Shown here in pieces: positions 1 through 7,949 of a stretch of DNA of 64,000 bases. Every line of letters begins with the position of its first letter. The first letter of the stretch is position 1. The DNA comes from a virus (lineage: Duplodnaviria; Caudoviricetes), in the IMG/VR virus record IMGVR_UViG_3300046694_000619; one strand, given 5' to 3'. Under the pieces are notes generated by a model. It did not search any database. It had not been told where the DNA came from and saw nothing but the letters and a program-made list of their open reading frames with translations. A program made the translations under genes and the position numbers.

Positions 1-639
1 CAGGCGCATTGCGCCATCGAACTGCGGCGTGTGACCGGCGAACACCCGGTCGATGCCCGCGACACCTGACGTGTCGTTTTGCGTCGTGCGCACGCGGCCC
101 CACAGGGCGCTCTTAATCGTGTGACGGTCGCCGGCTTCGATGTTCGCGATGAACGTCTGCCAGTCCATGCCGATGGGCACTTCTGCGTGGATGATGCCGA
201 CCGAGCCGCGCACGGTATTCAACTCCATCACGATAGGTAGACGAGCAAACGCATCCAGGATGGCGGCCTGCTGCTCCGGCGGGGTTGAGAGCCACCAGGC
301 CATGCCATTTCGCGCGACATTGTGGCGAAGCGCGTCCAGGTCCAGCGAACCGGCGGCATACAGGTCGAGCACCATCTGCTCGTGATTGCCGAGAGTGGCA
401 AAAAACCACGGCTGGCCAAGCAGAGCGAGCGCCTCTGCCGAATAGTCACCGCGGTCAACCAGGTCACCGACCGAAAACAGGCGGTCTGCGGCCGGGTCGA
501 AATTCACGGCGTCGAGCCCGCGCGCGATAGGATTTCGCACACCGTGCCGGTCACCGATAATGAAATCGCGGCCCTTGCCTTGGCCCACGTGAACGACTGC
601 CGGTGCTGGTGTTGAGGGTTTGCGCCACGTTTGCAGCAT
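1..639 (-). CDS. Ser/Thr protein phosphatase (calcineurin-like metallophosphoesterase, PphA/lambda NinI type), runs off the window edge
   Basis: Not in the ORF track. Manual translation from ATG at 639 gives MLQTWRKP...IIGDRHG...SVGDLVDRG...LGNHEQM...HAEVP...FAGHTP, containing the GDxHG, GDxVDRG, GNHE and GHT motifs. Confidence 0.9.
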   Translation of the reverse strand, partial: MLQTWRKPSTPAPAVVHVGQGKGRDFIIGDRHGVRNPIARGLDAVNFDPAADRLFSVGDLVDRGDYSAEALALLGQPWFFATLGNHEQMVLDLYAAGSLDLDALRHNVARNGMAWWLSTPPEQQAAILDAFARLPIVMELNTVRGSVGIIHAEVPIGMDWQTFIANIEAGDRHTIKSALWGRVRTTQNDTSGVAGIDRVFAGHTPQFDGAMRL

Positions 640-744
640 GGGAGCTCCTTCTTTAATCGTGAAAGCGTTGGACGCCGCCCTGATGAGCGTCTGCGATAGT
701 TCGCCGAGTCGTGCCCTGGCTGCCGTCAACACGGATGGGGATAC

Positions 745-1167
745 TCAGTTCGTGGCCGCTGCGGCCTGCGTCGCTCTCGCGAGCGCGCGCGAAAGCCAAC
801 GGATGCGGTCTTTCACGGCCGTCATGTACACGATGGGCATAAAAGCAGTGCCCGCCATGAGCTTGTCCACCGGAGGGCGGCGGTCGTAGTTCAGGAACGC
901 CTCGTTCGCGAGTTCGTCGTCGCTCAACTGGCCCAGCGTGAGTGCGGCGCGTTCGCGCTCGTAGAGCGTGCCATGTGGGTCGGGCTCACCATCGGCAAGC
1001 CAGCGAAGGCCCGGGGTCCCCTCAAGCGTTTCGTGTGCACCGTCTTCACCGGGCAACCCGAGGTACTCACGCAGTACCGCGCGCACGTGGTCCGGCTGCA
1101 TCCCGGAATCTGTGCAGGCAGCCAGGAATGCACCGATATGCTTGCGTGCGTCTTCGATGGTTTTCAT
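745..1167 (-). CDS. hypothetical protein
   Basis: 140-aa ORF in a co-oriented gene string. Confidence 0.65.
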   Translation of the reverse strand: MKTIEDARKHIGAFLAACTDSGMQPDHVRAVLREYLGLPGEDGAHETLEGTPGLRWLADGEPDPHGTLYERERAALTLGQLSDDELANEAFLNYDRRPPVDKLMAGTAFMPIVYMTAVKDRIRWLSRALARATQAAAATN

Positions 1168-1179
1168 TCGAATTGCGCC

Positions 1180-1398
1180 TTAGCTGAACGAGACGGTGAA
1201 TGGCGCGTGCTTGACCACGACGAACCACCAGCCCGCGAGGAGGAGGAGCCCGAGGGCAATCACGAAGAGCTTCTTCTTCAGCGAATTCGGCACGCCGCCG
1301 ATGCTGTACTGACCCAGGTTGAAAGCGGCGAGCCCGAGCCACGTCATGGACAGCGAAAAGAAGACTGCGACAACAAAAAGCCAGCCGATGACTGCCAC
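1180..1398 (-). CDS. small membrane protein (2 TM)
   Basis: 72 aa with two hydrophobic segments, tightly packed with neighbours. Confidence 0.65.
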   Translation of the reverse strand: MAVIGWLFVVAVFFSLSMTWLGLAAFNLGQYSIGGVPNSLKKKLFVIALGLLLLAGWWFVVVKHAPFTVSFS

Positions 1399-1399
1399 G

Positions 1400-1768
1400 T
1401 TAAGCCTCCTCGGGCACGACTTCGACCTGCATGGTGTTCGCGTCCTCGAGCTTCACCCAGAAGCGCACCTGACGTTTCGTGGCCTTCGAGAAGGAGTATG
1501 TTTTCGCAAGTGCACTTACACCCTTGATGCGGAAGCTGATGCTATCGAAGTCGCTCATGCCGTGCTTGATGAAGTAACGGTCGATGATGAGTTCGGTGCC
1601 CGGCGGGAGCGTCGCGTGGGACGGTTGCGGGTCGTAGCTGATTTCCCGCGGGTCACCCAGCAGCGTCATCAGCGTTGCGTTTCTCCGCTCGTTAAAGAGC
1701 CGGAAATTCCACGGTTGGGTCAGCCTGAGGCGCGTGCCGAGCGCGGGCACGAACAGTTTGATGGACAT
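1400..1768 (-). CDS. hypothetical protein
   Basis: Start revised to MSIKLF with a GGAG RBS and an upstream TGGTATAAT extended -10. Confidence 0.65.
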   Translation of the reverse strand: MSIKLFVPALGTRLRLTQPWNFRLFNERRNATLMTLLGDPREISYDPQPSHATLPPGTELIIDRYFIKHGMSDFDSISFRIKGVSALAKTYSFSKATKRQVRFWVKLEDANTMQVEVVPEEA

Positions 1769-1892
1769 TCGGAAAGCTCCTTGAATTAACGTCATTATAC
1801 CATGAAATAACGTATAACGCAAAACGCTCCCCAATGACAAAAGGCGCGAAGCCTCGTGGGCCTCGCGCCTTTCTTGCAGCAGCAGCGGGGGA

Positions 1893-2645
1893 TTACTTGC
1901 CGGTCAGGCGGCGCAGACGGTCGGCGGCCGACTCGGCCACCGGCGTTGCCGTGCCGGCGGCGATGCGGCGAGCTTCTTCGACTGCGTTCGAGCGGTCAAT
2001 CGGCTTCTGGCCGATGTCCGCCTGGATGGCCGTAGCGTCGGCTGCGACTTGCAGCTTTTCGGCCTTGCGGTTCAGCGCGCCCAGTGCGGTCGAGGTCGAG
2101 CCGGTGCCGCTCTGGAGGTCACGCAGTTCCTGCTGGTTCTGCAGGCGCATGTTTTCGCGGTCCTGATTCGCCTGGGCTTGCGCGATGGCGCGCAGTGCCT
2201 TCTGGGCGTTCGCTTCGAACTCGTTCAGCTTCTTCTCGATGCTGTTCACGATGCCTTGCACCGTGTCGACCAGTTCCTTCGCGTCGGCGACGTCCTGCTG
2301 CGCGGCCGGCAGGCGGGCCTTCATGTCTTCGAGGTTGTTCGCGAACTCGTTGAGCGTCTGCTCGTCGATTTCCTTCGCGTCGAACTTCGCAATCAGGATT
2401 TCCGCGGCCTTCGTGTCTTGCGTAATCTGCGCTTCGAGCTTGTCGGCATTGGCTTTCACGCCGTTGTATTCGTTGCGAGCCGAGGCCAGCTTCGTTGCCG
2501 CGTCGTGCAGTTTCTGTTTCAGGTTGTCGCGGTCGACTTCGGTGGCCGTCTCGGGGTCGAACGAGACGAGTGCCTGCGCGACGGTGTCACCGAATGCACC
2601 GATTTGCTTGACGATAAGTGCTGCGGAGAGCTTCCAGCCGGACAT
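1893..2645 (-). CDS. PspA/IM30-like coiled-coil protein
   Basis: Long amphipathic coiled coil ending AADRLRRL; adjacent to a DUF2491-like gene as in yjfJ-yjfK arrangements. Confidence 0.65.
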   Translation of the reverse strand: MSGWKLSAALIVKQIGAFGDTVAQALVSFDPETATEVDRDNLKQKLHDAATKLASARNEYNGVKANADKLEAQITQDTKAAEILIAKFDAKEIDEQTLNEFANNLEDMKARLPAAQQDVADAKELVDTVQGIVNSIEKKLNEFEANAQKALRAIAQAQANQDRENMRLQNQQELRDLQSGTGSTSTALGALNRKAEKLQVAADATAIQADIGQKPIDRSNAVEEARRIAAGTATPVAESAADRLRRLTGK

Positions 2646-2751
2646 GTAGATTCCTTTTGCGTGTGGTTCGGAGTGGAGTCGGCGCGGCGCGCCGCTCCAG
2701 GAATTAGGGGTGCAACAAAGCGTTTAGTATAACACAAAACGCTACCTGAAG

Positions 2752-3540
2752 TTAGAGGACTTTCACCTTCAATGGTTCCAGCGTGAGCCCGACGAGGAAA
2801 TCGACATGCACCGCGGGCTCGCGACTGCCGTCGACCGAATCGACGATTTCGAACGAAATCAGCAGGTTTTCGCGATTGCCGTCCGGCAGAATCCGGACAT
2901 AGGGCATGAAATGCATCTTCTGATGCATGCCTTTCATGCCGGTCGGGTCATCCAGCCGGTTTTCGACCGCCGTGTACGGGTGGACGTATTCACTGGCCAC
3001 CGGCGTATCGCGCTGATAGTCGAGCGATTCGGCCTCGCCGAGCAGCTTGGCAGTCTTCTCGGGCGTGAACCCCGCTAGCGCGAGCATGTCGTCGCCCAGG
3101 TTGTACCAGCTGTCGCCCAGTCCGTAGCCCTGGCCCAGATACGGTTCCTGTTCTTCAGCTGTAGTCGGCACGAGGCGGAAGAGTTGCTGGTAGTAGGTCG
3201 CCTCGGCCGGCTGGCCGTTTTTCATCAGCACCTGGAGGAACGACTGCCCCGCGTCCGTCTGGCGGTCACCCACGTCCGTGTACAGGCGGAAAATCTCCAG
3301 CGACGGGTCCGCATCCAGCCGCACGCGGCCGACCGCCTGCACCTGCATTTGCGCTGAGGCCGGAACCTTCAGCAGCGTGCCATCGAGGATGGCGAACGAC
3401 GCACGCGGCACTTCCAGAAGACTGCCAATCCGCGCGCCGTACGGCAGGCCGACGTCGACGCGAGGCAGGGCATTGTGGTTTTCCTGCGCCTGGTCTACGC
3501 GCTTTTCGATGATGCGCTTGCCGAGTTGGAAAATGGACAT
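2752..3540 (-). CDS. DUF2491 (YjfK-like) family protein
   Basis: GLPYGARIG...QVQAVGRVRL...IFRLYTD...FLQV...YQR pattern; start revised to MSIFQLG. Confidence 0.6.
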   Translation of the reverse strand: MSIFQLGKRIIEKRVDQAQENHNALPRVDVGLPYGARIGSLLEVPRASFAILDGTLLKVPASAQMQVQAVGRVRLDADPSLEIFRLYTDVGDRQTDAGQSFLQVLMKNGQPAEATYYQQLFRLVPTTAEEQEPYLGQGYGLGDSWYNLGDDMLALAGFTPEKTAKLLGEAESLDYQRDTPVASEYVHPYTAVENRLDDPTGMKGMHQKMHFMPYVRILPDGNRENLLISFEIVDSVDGSREPAVHVDFLVGLTLEPLKVKVL

Positions 3541-3551
3541 CGCGTGAATCC

Positions 3552-4553
3552 TTAGAGGGTGTAATTCGCTTTCGTTGCGGCCTTGGCCTTGTTGTCGCGC
3601 AGCACGAGCCACACGATGAGCCCGATGGCGCCAATCAGGAAGACAAACAGCAAAATCAGCGTGAACGACGTGTGGTGTTCCTTTTGGGCCTCAACCGCTT
3701 TCAGTTCGGCGGGGGTATGCGCAGCCGATGCGTAGGCGGCAGTCGGTGCCGGCGCCGTAGCAATAGCCGCGGGAGCGACGCTTGGCGCGACAGGCTGAAC
3801 GCTCGGTGCGTAGCCCGCCTGCGCCTGCGCTGCTTGCGCTTGTGCGGCCTGGGCCTGCATTTGCGCGGCCTGCGCCTGCATCTGGGCGGCCTGTGCCTGC
3901 TGCATCTGGGCATACTGATAGTCACGCTCGCGTTCGTCACGGCGGGCAGCTGCTCGACCGCTTTCGTACCAGAACGCGTTGGTGAGCAACGAGCTATGCG
4001 AGTCGTGGTATTGCGGCGTGCCTTGCTGCACGACGATGACCTGCGGCTGCTGCTGAGTGTGCGGCTGGTAGTTCGATGCGGTGGACTGCGCCATTACCGC
4101 CGGACCACGGCTCGAGGTGTCCTGTGTGACCTGCGGCGCGGCGGCCTTCTGCTTGGCCTGGTAGGCGTCGACGGCATCACGGTTAGCCGATGCGGAATAC
4201 ATGGCGCCGCCGAGCGCGCTTGCCGTGGCGACACCGGCAACCGCGGTGCCCGTTTTTGCCGCCGTGCTGAACCCCGACTTGGCCGGCGAGGGGGCAGCGG
4301 CCGGTGCAGCGGGGCGGGGCACAATCGTGGGCACGAACGTGGTGACGCGCGGCGTGTCTGCTTTCTTCGTGTTCGAGGAGCCAAAGCCCGAATAGCTACC
4401 GTAACTGGTCCGGGTATCCGACCGGGCGACGCTTGAAGTGCTCTTGCTTGACCCCGAGCTGCCACGGCTGAACCCGGAGGCAGCGTTAGCGAAAGGAGAT
4501 GCCAGCAGCGCCGCAGTAAGCGCCGCGACGATAAAGTGCGTTTTCTTGTTCAC
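3552..4553 (-). CDS. secreted/membrane-anchored low-complexity protein
   Basis: Signal peptide (ASPFANA), Ser/Ala/Gln-rich body, C-terminal TM helix; start revised to GTG 4553. Confidence 0.7.
   Translation of the reverse strand: MNKKTHFIVAALTAALLASPFANAASGFSRGSSGSSKSTSSVARSDTRTSYGSYSGFGSSNTKKADTPRVTTFVPTIVPRPAAPAAAPSPAKSGFSTAAKTGTAVAGVATASALGGAMYSASANRDAVDAYQAKQKAAAPQVTQDTSSRGPAVMAQSTASNYQPHTQQQPQVIVVQQGTPQYHDSHSSLLTNAFWYESGRAAARRDERERDYQYAQMQQAQAAQMQAQAAQMQAQAAQAQAAQAQAGYAPSVQPVAPSVAPAAIATAPAPTAAYASAAHTPAELKAVEAQKEHHTSFTLILLFVFLIGAIGLIVWLVLRDNKAKAATKANYTL
3820..3908 (-). repeat. imperfect 21-nt coding tandem repeat (QAQAAQM units)
   Basis: gcggcctgggcctgcatttgc / gcggcctgcgcctgcatctgg / gcggcctgtgcctgc on the + strand. 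Confidence 0.7.
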
Positions 4554-4848
4554 GAGAAGCCTCGATAGGGAGTTTTTGTAGTATACCACCGCAATGGCAT
4601 TTGTCAATGTCGCCAGGCGGATAGGGCCTATTTCGCAGCCAGCGGACTTTGGTTGGCGATAGATATACCAAAAAACATGAAATGCGCCGAGCCCTGCTGC
4701 TCAGTAGCCGCCGGCCACAGGCAACGCAATGGCCGACCTCACCGGGCGGTCTGGTTTCCTTATGCGAGGCAGGCGCCTTGCCATGTGCGCACGCACGCGA
4801 TAGGGCTGGGGATGTGCAACTGGTAAGGTCTTGAAAACCAGACGTCGC

Positions 4849-5340
4849 TTACGTCGGCCGACCTTCTTCGTTTTCCTGGATGCGTTCTGCTGCACAGCGC
4901 GCGACTTCCACCAGGTCGCCGACGAGATTCATCGGGTGGTCCTTGAGCCATGCGTTGATAGCTTCGTGGTCTTCCTCGGTTTTCGCGGCGACGTAGGCCT
5001 GCACGAGACGCGCATATTCCTGCCGCAGCCACAGTGGGTGGCGCTCGATGTCGAAGCTCGAGCGCTCATATAGCGGCAGGTCGCCAGATTTGCGCCTGGC
5101 CGAGCGCAGCGCCACGGCCATCCGGTCACACCAGAGCGCCATCTTCTCGCGCGCCGCCTCGACGGAGTCTGCCGTCAGTTCGGTCAGGCGAAACTCGCCC
5201 GTGACCTTGCCGGTGTCGGTGCTGACGTGCAGCGTGAGGTCCTGCTCAAGCATCGTACGCAGCCGGCCGACACTGTGCACGACGTTGTACGTCAACGATA
5301 CCCGGTTGTCCGCGTATTTGAGGTCCTTGAGCTCAAGCAT
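4849..5340 (-). CDS. hypothetical protein
   Basis: Start revised to MLELKD; it overlaps the stop of the upstream micro-ORF. Confidence 0.65.
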   Translation of the reverse strand: MLELKDLKYADNRVSLTYNVVHSVGRLRTMLEQDLTLHVSTDTGKVTGEFRLTELTADSVEAAREKMALWCDRMAVALRSARRKSGDLPLYERSSFDIERHPLWLRQEYARLVQAYVAAKTEEDHEAINAWLKDHPMNLVGDLVEVARCAAERIQENEEGRPT

Positions 5341-5425
5341 GGACGGCGCCGGCCTTCGCCAGTTGCTCGATGATGTGCGCAAAGCGTTGAGCTGCTGCAT
5401 CCAGGACGAAGTTCGTGTCGTTCAT
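5333..5425 (-). CDS. 30-aa micro-protein MNDTNFVLDAAAQRFAHIIEQLAKAGAVHA
   Basis: Strong AAAGGAG RBS; stop overlaps the next start (ATGCTTGA). Confidence 0.5.
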   Translation of the reverse strand: MNDTNFVLDAAAQRFAHIIEQLAKAGAVHA

Positions 5426-5461
5426 GGTGGTCTCCTTTGAGAATCGGTTTGTCGTATTCGG

Positions 5462-6067
5462 TTAGGCGGTGACTTCCACCGGGTAAGCTTCTTCAATCCG
5501 GGCGCCAAGCCGACGGACGCGCTCGAGCGGACTGCTGTGCAGCACCGACAGATGGACCCAGTCGGCCTCGTCCACTTCTTCGACCTGCGGCACCAGCGGC
5601 ACGCTCGACGACGCGGTCGCTACAAACGTGAAGTCGTGGTGGAAGTGCGCGCCTTCGCCCTTCTTCGGATTGGCCGGAATCCGGTGCGTGTCGATGTCGA
5701 TAGGAAGCATGGCGCTACCGACGCCGCGCCACTCCAGCGCTTCTGCGACAACACCCGTTTCCTCGAACAGCTCGCGCAGCGCGGACAGCCACAGTGAGAT
5801 GTCCATTTCGAAATGGCCACCCGAAGGCATCCAGTCTTTATAGGTGCCGTGATAGATAAGCAGGACCTTGCGCGTAACCGGGTCGAATACCACGATGCTC
5901 GTGGTGATGTGGCCGGCCATGGTCGAGCGTACGAGAATGTCGGTCTTGCCCAGCTCCAGCTGGTCGCGCAACTGAACCAGCCGCGCGGCATCCTCCGGGT
6001 AGCAGGCGAGGTAGGCGGTGAGAAGGTCGCGCGTCGCGCGTACGACAGCAGCCATGGTCGGGTTCAT
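5462..6067 (-). CDS. NUDIX hydrolase
   Basis: GGHFE...ALRELFEETG Nudix box; GHITTS and HHDFTF motifs. Confidence 0.9.
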   Translation of the reverse strand: MNPTMAAVVRATRDLLTAYLACYPEDAARLVQLRDQLELGKTDILVRSTMAGHITTSIVVFDPVTRKVLLIYHGTYKDWMPSGGHFEMDISLWLSALRELFEETGVVAEALEWRGVGSAMLPIDIDTHRIPANPKKGEGAHFHHDFTFVATASSSVPLVPQVEEVDEADWVHLSVLHSSPLERVRRLGARIEEAYPVEVTA

Positions 6068-6828
6068 TTGAGCTCAGCAATCGTCGTGGCGGGGTGGGTG
6101 GCGCTCGAGGGAGGCGCATCTTCCAGCATTGGCCTGAGGGCAGCAGTCCAGTCCTGTTCTTCCAGGTAGCCCAGTGAAAGCCGCGCGAATAGGGCTTTTT
6201 CCTTGAACCGGGCGTACTCGAGCGTGGACAGGCCTCGCAGGTGGTCGGTGGGCCAGCCGCTCATATCGAGTGCCAGCCGCTCCAGGCCGGTAACCTGCAT
6301 GCCAATCGCGCGCGCCTCCTTCAGCACGGCGAGCCAGCCGTCATGCACAGCCTTGATGATGTCCTTGAATTCGACGTCGCGGCCGAGCTGGCTAAGGTTC
6401 GACACAGCCCGGTTGTTCATCGTCCTGTAGAGGAGGGACGGCAGGGTCGGGATAAGCTCCGCCCAGTAATGCGCACCCTTCGAGTCGCCGAACTGTTTCA
6501 GGCTCTGATACACGCGGTCACCGAAGGCGCGCTCCCAGCCGGCCTTCAGGCGATGACGAGTGCGCCCGTACATCTGGCGCAGCTCGGCCGCGGCATCCGA
6601 AGATGGGAAGCGGCGCATGACCTGCTCCTCAATCCAGCGCTCCGGCGTGCCCGTAGCACCCAGCAGCTTGAACACGGCCTCTTCGCCGCTCCGGATGTGT
6701 TGAAGCTTGATGTAAAGCACAGCTTCATCGTGCTCAACGCCGCGAGCAATCTCTCTTTTTTCTACGTCCGGAGCGAGCCCGATGTGAAATTCTCGATAAA
6801 TACTGGTGTGCATGGCTGCAATTTTCAC
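6064..6828 (-). CDS. hypothetical protein
   Basis: 254-aa ORF coupled to the NUDIX gene (ATGA overlap). Confidence 0.65.
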   Translation of the reverse strand: MKIAAMHTSIYREFHIGLAPDVEKREIARGVEHDEAVLYIKLQHIRSGEEAVFKLLGATGTPERWIEEQVMRRFPSSDAAAELRQMYGRTRHRLKAGWERAFGDRVYQSLKQFGDSKGAHYWAELIPTLPSLLYRTMNNRAVSNLSQLGRDVEFKDIIKAVHDGWLAVLKEARAIGMQVTGLERLALDMSGWPTDHLRGLSTLEYARFKEKALFARLSLGYLEEQDWTAALRPMLEDAPPSSATHPATTIAELK

Positions 6829-6937
6829 AAGGAATTGCGTCTAGTATACCATGAAAACAGATTTTGCGGCAGTAGATTGCTTGACCTTAAAAAGCATTCG
6901 GGCACAATAGTCACGCCTATAACAAGGGAGAATTGAC

Positions 6938-7891
6938 GTGGCCCGAGCAGAAGTAGCGCATTTCACACAGAACAGCGACTTCTGGCCTGCCAACAGTCTG
7001 GCAGCCTGGCAAAGCGACCCCGAGAGAACCTTTCAGGATTGGCTCGCCCAGCAACGCTTCATCAGCACCCGGCAGTTTCGGGAGTCCTCGCAGGAAACCT
7101 ATGCGTCCATGTTCGCATGGTGGCTGTCGTCCCTTGCTGCCAAGGGGTTGAAGCTGCTCGAAGCGACGCCGGAGGATGCGACCGAGTTTTTTGGCTCGAG
7201 CGAGTTTGAACCGGTGTCGCGCCGACGGTATCTCCAGCTGCTCGACCGGGTCTACCAGCACCTGCGCAGCGAGAAGGTGGGGTGGGATGGGGAAAATCCG
7301 CTGAAGGTAGAACTGAGGAAGGAGCGGGAACTTGAGATTCCCCTACCTCCGGGACTGGAGGAAGAATCCCTCGCTCAAGTTATTGCGGTCCTGACCGATA
7401 TAACGGGATGGAAGGGTGCGCGCGACCGATGTGCGGCAGCGCTGCTCATGGGGGCCGGATTGCGGGCCAACGAATTGATTAACCTGCCTACGGACGGGGT
7501 GTCCGATGTTTTTCAGATTCACGTCAAACCGAATACTGTCCACCGCGAACACACCACCCTGATTTTGCCGGATGGTCCGTGGCGAGAATGGTATCAGGCA
7601 TGGCGGGCCGAGCGGCAGGACCTGGCAATCCCAGGTAACCTGCTGTGCCCAGCTACGCGAAAAGGCACGCCGTACTCCCCATCAGGGCTGTTTCGGCGGG
7701 TAAGCGCCTGGCTCAAGCCGCTGGGCGAATCGCTCCCACAAAATGGGCCCAACCTGCTGCGAAATTCGTTTGCGCGGATAGCGCTTACATGCGGCCGATA
7801 TACGCCTTCTGAAGTCCAGAATTTTTTGGGTCACGAAGAACTTCGTGCGACATCCCGACATATTGTCGCCGTCGAGCTTCTGTCCGAGTGA
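6938..7891 (+). CDS. tyrosine recombinase/integrase family protein with degenerate catalytic residues
   Basis: RDRCAAALLMGAGLRANE box I; PNLLRNSFA and LGHEELRATSRH box II (HxxR His and nucleophile Tyr replaced). Confidence 0.8.
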   Translation: MARAEVAHFTQNSDFWPANSLAAWQSDPERTFQDWLAQQRFISTRQFRESSQETYASMFAWWLSSLAAKGLKLLEATPEDATEFFGSSEFEPVSRRRYLQLLDRVYQHLRSEKVGWDGENPLKVELRKERELEIPLPPGLEEESLAQVIAVLTDITGWKGARDRCAAALLMGAGLRANELINLPTDGVSDVFQIHVKPNTVHREHTTLILPDGPWREWYQAWRAERQDLAIPGNLLCPATRKGTPYSPSGLFRRVSAWLKPLGESLPQNGPNLLRNSFARIALTCGRYTPSEVQNFLGHEELRATSRHIVAVELLSE

Positions 7892-7949
7892 CGAGCACCG
7901 GTGAATATGTTAGCTTACAACTATTTCAGTATATTTCTGCGTGTAGGGC

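Noticed and set aside
4826-4840. GGTCTTGAAAACC resembling a tRNA-Ser(UGA) anticodon arm
   Set aside because: No T-arm (GTTCRA), D-arm or acceptor stem around it; likely chance.
6938-7891. Integrase marking a prophage or island boundary
   Set aside because: Catalytic residues are degenerate, no att repeat or tRNA is adjacent, and gene style is the same on both sides.
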